NCBI GenBank assembly: GCA_029099845.1
Contig: JAQXOT010000014.1
Location: 8,879 to 72,878 of the forward strand
Length of the DNA stretch: 64,000 nt
Reading direction: 5' to 3'
Origin: a bacterium
Lineage (GTDB): Bacteria > Bacillota_I > Bacilli_A > RF39 > UBA660
Shown: piece after piece, positions 10,079 to 19,529 of the stretch
How positions within the stretch are numbered: position 1 is the stretch's first letter
Layout of the letters: every line of letters starts with the position of its first letter
Notes under the pieces: model-generated
The model's database searches: none
The model's input: only the letters and a program-made list of their open reading frames with translations
Told to the model about the DNA's origin: nothing
Position numbers and translations under genes: made by a program

Positions 10079-10119
10079 GACTTTTCAATAATTTTGATGA
10101 TTTTTTGACATTTTTTAGT

Positions 10120-10147
10120 AAAAAAAGACTTATATTAGTAAGTCTTT
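10120..10147 (-). terminator. Terminator of trxA, overlapping its stop codon
   Basis: A 9-bp stem (10124-10132 pairs with 10139-10147) with a 6-nt loop, followed by a short T-run on the minus strand. Confidence 0.5.
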
Positions 10148-10429
10148 GATTTCATCTTTTGTTAAATAGCCTGAATATTTATTTACTACTTGTCCTTTTT
10201 TATATACCTTTAATGTTGGAACTACCATAATAGAATTTTTGCTAGCTAACTCAGGAAATTTATCAACATCAATTTTGATAATTTCTAATTCTTTATTTTC
10301 TTGATCTAATAGTTCTAATTCTTGGGACATTAATTTACAAGGCCCACACCACTCGGCATAGAAGTCTACTAATACTAGGTCTTTTTTTATTAAATTTTCA
10401 AAATCTGTTTCTTTTTCTAAATGTTTCAT
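10130..10429 (-). CDS. trxA: Thioredoxin
   Basis: WCGPC active site in a 99-aa ORF. Confidence 0.9.
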   Translation of the reverse strand: MKHLEKETDFENLIKKDLVLVDFYAEWCGPCKLMSQELELLDQENKELEIIKIDVDKFPELASKNSIMVVPTLKVYKKGQVVNKYSGYLTKDEIKDLLI

Positions 10430-10437
10430 ATTACTCC

Positions 10438-11154
10438 TTATTCATATTTATTTAGGACTTTATCTAGTCCTTTAATACTATTTAGTTTATCTAGAACCAT
10501 TAATTGTTCTATCGTATGAGGCGTTGTTACTTTATATTTTAACATAATATCAATAGATTTTAGATTGGCTTCATTTATATCTATTTTTTTATTGGCTACA
10601 TCTTCTGTCAAGGTATAAATTTCTGTTACTGAATTAGTTATATCACTAGTGCTAGCTGATAATATTGGTGTTTTATTAAAAATATAATCAACTAAGTTAC
10701 TTTCTTGAAATATAGCCATATTTTTTAGAGGAATCATGGCTAATAAGATAACAATAAAAACTAATAAATAGCCTTCAATTAAGCCAATAACTGCTCCACC
10801 TATAGCTGATGGAAGTTTTAAGATAATGGTCATATTGACTAATTTTTGTAACCAACCTGATACTTTTAATATAATGGCATAAATTCCCATTAATATACTA
10901 TAAATTATTAAAAATCCTATTAATTGATAAATTAATATATTTAGTGATACTAATCCTTCTAAATTGCCACTAAAATTAAAGAATGGTAAATATTTACAAA
11001 GTAGGTTTCCTATTTGTTCTTTAAATGTATATGATATTATAAAAACTAATATTATCCCTACTAATGATACACAACTTTTGATTAGCCCCTTTTTGGCTCC
11101 GGTAATGGCAAAGCATATAATTAAAAGGATAATTCCAATATCAAGAATATTCAT
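10438..11154 (-). CDS. cvpA: CvpA-family membrane protein with a soluble C-terminal extension
   Basis: The N-terminus MNILDIGIILLIICFAITGAKKGLIKS and four TM segments are typical of CvpA. It neighbours rnhC, as in Bacillus. Confidence 0.75.
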   Translation of the reverse strand: MNILDIGIILLIICFAITGAKKGLIKSCVSLVGIILVFIISYTFKEQIGNLLCKYLPFFNFSGNLEGLVSLNILIYQLIGFLIIYSILMGIYAIILKVSGWLQKLVNMTIILKLPSAIGGAVIGLIEGYLLVFIVILLAMIPLKNMAIFQESNLVDYIFNKTPILSASTSDITNSVTEIYTLTEDVANKKIDINEANLKSIDIMLKYKVTTPHTIEQLMVLDKLNSIKGLDKVLNKYE

Positions 11155-11223
11155 TTAATCATCTCCTTACTTAATTATAAACTATTTAAATAAAATATGC
11201 TATAATATTTTTGAGGTGTTTTT

Positions 11224-12135
11224 ATGAACGTTGTTATTAAAGTAAATGATGAAATTAAGCAAAAAATGATCGAATATTATAAAGACAAAAAAAGAGATAA
11301 AGTTATTCCTTATGTAATCTTCCAGGCAGAAGAAGAAGATACTGTAATTACAATGTATGAGTCTGGTAAAGTTATGTTTCAAGGAAAATCGGCTGATGTT
11401 GATGCGGCTATGTGGGGAGTAGAACTTGAAAATACTAAAGAAAAGATAGAAGAAAGAAAAAAAGAAGAAGAAAAATTCTATTTTTGCAACTCAGTTGGTT
11501 CTGATGAAGTTGGTACAGGAGATTATTTTGGCCCAATTGTTGTTACTGCGACATATGTAAAAAAGGAAGATATTCCTTATCTTGAAGAATTAGGAGTTGG
11601 TGATTCAAAGAAAATTGATGATGCAAAAATAATGAAAATGGCCCCTTTAATTGCAAAGAAAGTTAAATATCGTAGTGTTATTCTTGATAATAAAGAATAT
11701 AATGAAAAGTATGATAAAAATGTTAATATGAATAAAATTAAGGCTATTTTGCATAATAAAGTTTTATATCAGTTAATGCAAGAAGAAAAACCAAAAGTTG
11801 ATTATATTATAGTTGATGAATTTGCTAGAGAAGCAAGATATTATGAGTATTTAAATGGGGTTAGTAATATTCAAAAAAATATTACATTTATGACAAAGGC
11901 AGAGGATAAAAATTTAGCAGTTGCTTGTGGTTCTATTATTAGTAGATATATATTTTTAAAAGAGTTTAATAAATTGTGCGATAGTATTCATATGCCATTA
12001 CCAAAAGGGGCTTCAAAAGACGTAGATAAAATGGGAGAAGAAATTGTAGAAAAATATGGCAAAGATAAGTTAAAAGAGATTGCTAAATTTAACTTTAAAA
12101 ATACTGATAGAATTCTTCATACTTTGGTTTTTTAA
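11224..12135 (+). CDS. rnhC: Ribonuclease HIII
   Basis: SDEVGTGDYFGP catalytic motif after an N-terminal domain of about 90 aa. Length is 303 aa, with a GAGGTG SD. Confidence 0.9.
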   Translation: MNVVIKVNDEIKQKMIEYYKDKKRDKVIPYVIFQAEEEDTVITMYESGKVMFQGKSADVDAAMWGVELENTKEKIEERKKEEEKFYFCNSVGSDEVGTGDYFGPIVVTATYVKKEDIPYLEELGVGDSKKIDDAKIMKMAPLIAKKVKYRSVILDNKEYNEKYDKNVNMNKIKAILHNKVLYQLMQEEKPKVDYIIVDEFAREARYYEYLNGVSNIQKNITFMTKAEDKNLAVACGSIISRYIFLKEFNKLCDSIHMPLPKGASKDVDKMGEEIVEKYGKDKLKEIAKFNFKNTDRILHTLVF

Positions 12136-12140
12136 AAATT

Positions 12141-12174
12141 AAAAACAGTTCATTTTTGATATGAACTGTTTTTT
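12141..12174. terminator. Bidirectional terminator between the convergent rnhC and DUF975 genes
   Basis: The stem aaaaacagttcat / atgaactgttttt has a 7-nt loop and is flanked by A- and T-runs. Confidence 0.75.
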
Positions 12175-12178
12175 ATGT

Positions 12179-12841
12179 TTAGGCTGCTACTGCAGTAGTA
12201 TTTATTGGTTCTGTAGGCTTTTTATTGGCGTTTTCATAATTTGTTTTTATTTCATATAAGAACTTTGTCATAGCAGTTTGCATGTATGGAATTAACCATA
12301 AATATAAAATTCCTAATGTGAATGCTCCTAATATTGACCAACCAATGAAACTTAATTGTAATAGAAACAATTCGCCTTTATGGCCTTGCATCATAGCTTC
12401 ACTTAAAGCGATGGCTTCTTTTGGGTCTATTTCAGGATTATCATTTAGAATGTATGGAACTAAACTGTAAGCATATCTTTTGATGATTCCTGGAATTATA
12501 AAGACTAAAGTCCATAAGAAAACCTTTATCAATTGCCAAAAGTAAGTTATAGCAATATTTTTCCAATATTTAAATTTAGAAAATAATAATTCATAGCTTC
12601 TTTCTTGATCTGTAATCAAGTTAACCATATAATTAACTAAACCAATGTCGATGATTGCAGTAATTATCATACTAATAATATTTACAATCAAATATAATAG
12701 TTCATTATCAGTTTTGATAGAGCCAGTTACGGCACTAATTATACCTGCTATAATAGCAGCACCTAGTATTTTATACCAGTTACCATTTTTAATTTTCTCC
12801 TTGGCAAATGCTTTAATTTCTTGTCTTGTCATTTTTCTCAC
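12179..12841 (-). CDS. DUF975-family integral membrane protein
   Basis: The MTRQEIKAFAKEKIKNGNWYKILGAAI N-terminus and the TM pattern are typical of DUF975. Confidence 0.7.
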   Translation of the reverse strand: MRKMTRQEIKAFAKEKIKNGNWYKILGAAIIAGIISAVTGSIKTDNELLYLIVNIISMIITAIIDIGLVNYMVNLITDQERSYELLFSKFKYWKNIAITYFWQLIKVFLWTLVFIIPGIIKRYAYSLVPYILNDNPEIDPKEAIALSEAMMQGHKGELFLLQLSFIGWSILGAFTLGILYLWLIPYMQTAMTKFLYEIKTNYENANKKPTEPINTTAVAA

Positions 12842-12904
12842 TCCTCTTCTACTCTATTTAATTTGATTGTAACATATTTTCTTTATTTAGAAAACTTTTT
12901 AATT

Positions 12905-14413
12905 TTATTTTTTAGAGAGTGCATAAACTTTTCCACAGCACTCTTTTCCTTCATTACAAATCCCTTGGGTCACACAAGTTGGTCCTAAGATAGTTTCAAA
13001 TACTTGGGCAGTTGGCAATTTTCTTATTTCATCGTGAAGTGATGAGGCCATTTGTCTTGTTTCCCATTGAGCTTTTGTACATTCTCTTAAAGCTAAAATA
13101 TGTTTTAGGGTTTTGCCATCCATATTAGTTATTGTATTTACAGTATTTCCAGATAGAGCAAAATATACTAAATCTTCTTCTCTGATATCATATTCTTGTT
13201 TAAAGCATTGATACATTTCACTGTTTAAAGCAAATACTGTGTCAAATATTTCTTTGGTTTGAGGATTTTTAGCAATTGTTGGTGGAACTTTATATTGTTC
13301 TAAATCAATATTTGGAACAAAATCTGGTGGTAAAATTGATTGAGTTCTATGTCTTGTCAAGTGCGTCAATATAGCAAGAGATAGTGGTATTTGGAATTGG
13401 AAATTAACTTGGGTTAATTCTTTTCCGTCTGATTCAAAGGCAATTTTTTGCATTAGTTCTTTTTTAAAGTTTGGATTAACGGATGAGGCCATTTCATAAA
13501 TTGTACGGGCTTTTTCTTCATTATATTGATAGCGTTCCATTAAAGCAGAAATTAATATTGAATCATCTATATCTTTATAGCTATGATTAAGAAGTTTAGT
13601 TTTAGCTAAGACTTCGTAATTTTTGTTTGGGATAATGCCTTCTAAATATGCTTCTACAGGATCTTGCTTTTTTGGGTTTACTTTATCTATTTCAGAAATG
13701 AGATATGGCATATTTTCTTCAACAATTTTATAGAGATTTTCGCCTAGTTCTCTTAGCTCGGTTATATTAGCATCCTTTGTTTTGGTTAATTTTATTATTA
13801 AATCTTTTAAAGCATGAGCATCCATTCCCATAATAATATTTGAGTGATAGCAATATGGCAAAACAAACCTGGCGTCTTCTTGCGGTATTCCTTTTTCTTT
13901 TAATGTACTATAAGTATCAAATAGCATTTGCATATGCTCTTGATATTTTTTTTGAAGGACTTCATTATATGGGCTTAAACTACCTTCTTTGTTATAGAAA
14001 TTGGGAACGTAAAAACCAACTTTTGAAAAGTCTACTTCCCTTCTTGATTTTATTGTAAATGAGGCAAAGCGTTCTTCAATAATGGTTTGCTCTACTAATG
14101 GTGAGACGTCTTTTATAGCAAAAAGGCAATAGTCATGATCACTTATTGAATCGTGACCCATGCTTATTACCCGATTGGCAAAAGCAACGTTTTGTTCAAA
14201 TGATTTTGATTCACTTAAGCCTACTATATCAAGAACTGTACCAGCGGCTCGTGATAATCTACCGGCTGATGCAACAAGTTCACTTCTTCTTGCTTTTTCT
14301 AATTGTTTTAAGCTTTTTAAAAGTTCTTCTCTTTCTTCTTGATTTGGTAATGATTCTTCTAATAATTTGTCAACTTTTTGATAATCTAAAGCTCCTAATA
14401 ACTTAATTTCCAT
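12905..14413 (-). CDS. Long, two-lobed ThyX-like (flavin-dependent thymidylate synthase family) protein
   Basis: The first lobe has GHDSISDHDYCLFAIKDVSPLVEQTIIEERFASFTIKSRREV, which keeps the ThyX layout but has EER where RHR is expected. The second lobe retains LTRHRTQS. Length is 502 aa, about twice a canonical ThyX. Confidence 0.5.
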   Translation of the reverse strand: MEIKLLGALDYQKVDKLLEESLPNQEEREELLKSLKQLEKARRSELVASAGRLSRAAGTVLDIVGLSESKSFEQNVAFANRVISMGHDSISDHDYCLFAIKDVSPLVEQTIIEERFASFTIKSRREVDFSKVGFYVPNFYNKEGSLSPYNEVLQKKYQEHMQMLFDTYSTLKEKGIPQEDARFVLPYCYHSNIIMGMDAHALKDLIIKLTKTKDANITELRELGENLYKIVEENMPYLISEIDKVNPKKQDPVEAYLEGIIPNKNYEVLAKTKLLNHSYKDIDDSILISALMERYQYNEEKARTIYEMASSVNPNFKKELMQKIAFESDGKELTQVNFQFQIPLSLAILTHLTRHRTQSILPPDFVPNIDLEQYKVPPTIAKNPQTKEIFDTVFALNSEMYQCFKQEYDIREEDLVYFALSGNTVNTITNMDGKTLKHILALRECTKAQWETRQMASSLHDEIRKLPTAQVFETILGPTCVTQGICNEGKECCGKVYALSKK

Positions 14414-14551
14414 TTTAATTCCTCCCTTGTGTTATCTTTCATCTTGACTAGTCTTTTCCATTATAACATTAGTGCTTTATTAGTTTGTGTTGCAAGTGCA
14501 ACATTTTTGAGGCAAATTTTTTTCAATATATTTTTATCATTTGGGTGTAAC

Positions 14552-14585
14552 AAAAAAAACAGAACGATTTTATTTATCGTTCTGT
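14552..14585 (-). terminator. Terminator of dnaJ, with the stop codon in the loop
   Basis: A 10-bp stem (14559-14568 pairs with 14576-14585), followed by T8 on the minus strand. Confidence 0.7.
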
Positions 14586-15712
14586 TTAGTAAATTTAGCA
14601 AATTTTTCTGTTTCTACTGTTTCTAAATCTGTCATTGATAATTTATCAATTAAACTCTTTTGCTCTTTAGAAAGTTTTTTAGGAGTATATACTTTGAATA
14701 TAACGTACATGTCACCTTTATGTCTACGATATTCATTATCAATTCCTTTGCCACGAATCTTTTGTTTATCACCACTATCTACTCCAGCTGGAATGGTTAA
14801 TTTAACATTACCATATAAAGTTGGAATATCTTTTTTACAGCCTAAAATGGCTTCGGTTATAGTGATTGGAACCTCTAAGTAGATGTCATCGTTATCACGG
14901 GTATAATATTCGTGTTCGGCAACTATATATTCTAAGTATAAATCACCATTTTCGCCACCATTAGCTCCTGGGTTTCCTTTGCCGCTTATACGTTGTCTAT
15001 CACCGGTTGTAACCCCAGCTGGAATATTGATGGTAATTTTTTTGTTCTTTTTAACTTTTCCCTTACCATTACATTCTGTACATTTTCTTTTATACTTCTT
15101 TCCTATTCCACCACAATCAGGGCATGGTCCTTTGGAAAGAAATGAGCCTAAAATAGTTTGATGTTGACTAGTTACAGTACCACTTCCATGACAAGTTTCG
15201 CACTTTTCCATGTCAAAGCCACCATTGCCATTACATTCATCGCATTCTTCAACAACATCAATATTAAATTTCTTTTCGGTTCCAAATACAGCTTCATCAA
15301 AATCAAGATTCATGCGCATTAAGACATCACTACCACGAGTTGGACGAACCTTCGAAGATGTTCCACTGTTGAAATTTGAAAAGCCACCAAAACCGTTGCC
15401 ACCGAAGAAAGAATCAAAAATATCGCCAAAGTCAAAATCTGAGGCATCAAAGCCACCAAAGCCACTTCCGGCAGCAGATGAGCCATCTACTCCAGCGTGT
15501 CCATATTGATCATACATTTTTCTTTTACTTTCATCTGATAAAACAGAATATGCTTCTTGGGCTTCTTTAAATTTATCAGCAGCAGTTGGATCATCTTTAT
15601 TTAAGTCTGGGTGAAATTCTTTTGCTTTTTTACGGAAGGCACTTTTAATTTCTGCCTCACTAGCATCTTTATTAATGCCTAAGACTTCATAATAATCTCT
15701 TTTAGTTGCCAT
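14570..15712 (-). CDS. dnaJ: Molecular chaperone DnaJ (type I)
   Basis: J domain with HPD, a G/F-rich region, and four CxxCxGxG zinc-finger repeats. Confidence 0.95.
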   Translation of the reverse strand: MATKRDYYEVLGINKDASEAEIKSAFRKKAKEFHPDLNKDDPTAADKFKEAQEAYSVLSDESKRKMYDQYGHAGVDGSSAAGSGFGGFDASDFDFGDIFDSFFGGNGFGGFSNFNSGTSSKVRPTRGSDVLMRMNLDFDEAVFGTEKKFNIDVVEECDECNGNGGFDMEKCETCHGSGTVTSQHQTILGSFLSKGPCPDCGGIGKKYKRKCTECNGKGKVKKNKKITINIPAGVTTGDRQRISGKGNPGANGGENGDLYLEYIVAEHEYYTRDNDDIYLEVPITITEAILGCKKDIPTLYGNVKLTIPAGVDSGDKQKIRGKGIDNEYRRHKGDMYVIFKVYTPKKLSKEQKSLIDKLSMTDLETVETEKFAKFTKQNDK

Positions 15713-15746
15713 CTTTTCACATCCTTATTCATGATTATATCGAAAG

Positions 15747-15772
15747 TAAGTAGTCCAAAAATGGACTACTTA
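15747..15772 (-). other. Intercistronic stem-loop between dnaK and dnaJ
   Basis: An 11-bp perfect stem (taagtagtcca / tggactactta) with a 4-nt loop. There is no clear T-run on the minus strand. Confidence 0.4.
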
Positions 15773-15781
15773 TTTTCTATT

Positions 15782-17626
<1,845 letters not shown>

Positions 17627-17638
17627 TTATCTCTCCTT

Positions 17639-18292
17639 TTAATTTTGATTTATTTTTACTGAGGCAGGTCGTATGACTCTGTCTTTTAGTTTGTATCCTT
17701 TTAATAAAACTTCAATAACAGCATCATCTTCCATTCCGTCAACGTGATCTGTTAATAAAGCTTGTTCTTGAGTTGGATCAAATATTTCTCCTACTCGATT
17801 TATTTCTTCTACGCCAAATTTTTTAAGGGTATCTACTAGCGACCCATACATCATTTTAAATCCAGATAAGAATTTTGAAACTTCATCAGTTAAATCATTA
17901 TCATCTAACTTAATAGCTCTTTCAAAATTATCTACTAATGCAATTAGTTCCATAATTAGTTCTTGGTTAGCATATTTTAATAAGTTAGTAGTTTCTTCGT
18001 CTTTACGGCGACGATAATTTATTAATTCAGCTTGAGCTAATTTTACCTTATCTGTTAATGCTTTATTTTCTTCTTCTAATTTTTTTATTGTTTCATCTTT
18101 TTCTTTGATTTTTTCATCACATGTGCAGCTATCATTTTCAGTAGTTGTTGTTTCTTCTTGTTGGCTGTTATCAGCCTTGCAATTGCACTGAGACTGATTA
18201 TTATTGCATTCACATGGTGGGGTGTCATTGTTTGCCTTAGCATCTGGGCAAGGACAATCTTTATTTATTTCTTCAACATTTTCTTGATTCAT
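17639..18292 (-). CDS. grpE: Nucleotide exchange factor GrpE with a Cys-rich N-terminal extension
   Basis: The coiled-coil plus C-terminal beta domain (GYKLKDRVIRPASV) is typical GrpE. It sits between hrcA and dnaK. Confidence 0.9.
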   Translation of the reverse strand: MNQENVEEINKDCPCPDAKANNDTPPCECNNNQSQCNCKADNSQQEETTTTENDSCTCDEKIKEKDETIKKLEEENKALTDKVKLAQAELINYRRRKDEETTNLLKYANQELIMELIALVDNFERAIKLDDNDLTDEVSKFLSGFKMMYGSLVDTLKKFGVEEINRVGEIFDPTQEQALLTDHVDGMEDDAVIEVLLKGYKLKDRVIRPASVKINQN

Positions 18293-18299
18293 CTCAATC

Positions 18300-19289
18300 C
18301 TACCTTTCTATGTTTTCTTTCATGTACTCTAGCATGGAAACAACCCGGTCATATTCCATTCTTTTAGGTCCAATAATAGCAATTGTACCTTCATCATTGC
18401 CATTTTTAAAGGTTGTTTTAATGACCGTTACATCGCTATCAATATTACTTTCATTACCGATGTAAACACGGATGTTGTTATCACCATCTTCAGTAATTTC
18501 TCGAAGTAATTTTCCATCTTCTAATTTGTTGAAGACATTTTTTATTTTAGTAATATTTGAACTAAATTCAGGCTGTTCCAAAATTTTATTTCTACCTACT
18601 ATGTTTACTTCTTGTTTTGTGAAATCATTAAATACATGATAAAAGGCATTATATAATTGCTCATGTTGTTTTACATAATTTCCTATAATAGGTTTTATTT
18701 CATACTCTAATTTTGTATTTATTTCATCAATTGGAGTACCTGATATTAGGTTGTTGATAAGACTGACTGTCTTCTTTACTTCATCAAGGGAAACATCATG
18801 TAACTTTATATTTTTATGCTCGACATGACCTTTATCAGTAACTATAATTACGATCATACTAACTTCATCAATAGGAACTACTTCTATTTGTTTAAGAAGG
18901 TTCTCATGAGATGTGCTACCTAGCACTACGGTTGTATAATTTGTGATATCCGATATAACCTGCAAACTTTTAGTAATTACATCAGATAAAGCAAGTTGCT
19001 GATTGCGGAAGACAATTTGTAATTTTAACATGTCCTCAGCATTCATCTTTTTTAATTCCATTAAATTATCAACATAGTAACGATAACCAGTTTCACTTGG
19101 AATTCTACCAGATGAAGTATGTGTTTTTTCTAATAATCCGGCATCTTCAAGAGCAGCCATTTCGTTTCTTATTGTTGCACTTGAACATTTTAAAGCTTTT
19201 GATATGGCTTTAGAGCCAACTGGCTTAGCTTCTTTTATATACCTTTCTACTATTAGTTTTAAAACTTTGTTTTGTCGATCAGTTAACAC
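18300..19289 (-). CDS. hrcA: Heat-inducible transcription repressor HrcA
   Basis: N-terminal winged helix (LTDRQNKVLKLIVERYIKEAKPVGSK...SSATIRNEMAALE), a GTG start behind an AGGAGG SD, and CIRCE elements upstream. Confidence 0.9.
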   Translation of the reverse strand: MLTDRQNKVLKLIVERYIKEAKPVGSKAISKALKCSSATIRNEMAALEDAGLLEKTHTSSGRIPSETGYRYYVDNLMELKKMNAEDMLKLQIVFRNQQLALSDVITKSLQVISDITNYTTVVLGSTSHENLLKQIEVVPIDEVSMIVIIVTDKGHVEHKNIKLHDVSLDEVKKTVSLINNLISGTPIDEINTKLEYEIKPIIGNYVKQHEQLYNAFYHVFNDFTKQEVNIVGRNKILEQPEFSSNITKIKNVFNKLEDGKLLREITEDGDNNIRVYIGNESNIDSDVTVIKTTFKNGNDEGTIAIIGPKRMEYDRVVSMLEYMKENIER

Positions 19290-19301
19290 TATATCAACCT
19301 C

Positions 19302-19328
19302 CTAGCACTACTATTATACAAGTGCTAA
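19302..19328 (-). promoter_or_regulatory. CIRCE operator 1 (between the -10 and the hrcA SD)
   Basis: The minus strand reads TTAGCACTT-N9-TAGTGCTAG, against the consensus TTAGCACTC-N9-GAGTGCTAA. Confidence 0.8.
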
Positions 19329-19332
19329 TTGT

Positions 19333-19361
19333 ATTGTATGACTTTTTTTAGCACTTGTCAA
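19333..19361 (-). promoter_or_regulatory. Sigma-A promoter of the hrcA operon
   Basis: The minus strand reads TTGACA, 17 nt, TACAAT. The -35 lies inside the spacer of CIRCE 2. Confidence 0.6.
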
Positions 19362-19374
19362 CAAAAAGTGCTAT
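19348..19374 (-). promoter_or_regulatory. CIRCE operator 2 (overlapping the -35)
   Basis: The minus strand reads ATAGCACTT-N9-AAGTGCTAA. Confidence 0.75.
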
Positions 19375-19456
19375 TTTTGTAAAAATAATTGTAATTTAGT
19401 GTTTATTAGAATAACTTTAAATTTAAGAGGTAAAAATTATTTCGGTTTTTAGCAAT

Positions 19457-19499
19457 AAAAAAAGAAAATTAATGTGATAAATTTAATTTTCTTTTTTTT
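19457..19499 (-). terminator. Terminator after the 617-aa gene
   Basis: A 10-bp stem (agaaaattaa / ttaattttct) with a 10-nt loop, flanked by A6 and T8 runs. Confidence 0.65.
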
Positions 19500-19529
19500 A
19501 TTTTTAGATATTTGTTTTTATAATAATTA

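Noticed and set aside
10017-10088. N-terminal extensions given by the ORF track for ppdK (start 10088), pilD (51291), yebC (59577), parE (28499), DUF368 (45189) and others.
   Set aside because: Each has an internal ATG preceded by a well-spaced SD that coincides with the conserved family N-terminus. Several of the upstream 'starts' are GTG or TTG codons lying within the SD itself or overlapping the preceding gene.
11198-11206. TGcTATAAT extended -10 upstream of rnhC.
   Set aside because: It would place the transcription start on or after the rnhC SD (11213-11218). That would leave no functional leader, so I did not report it as a promoter.
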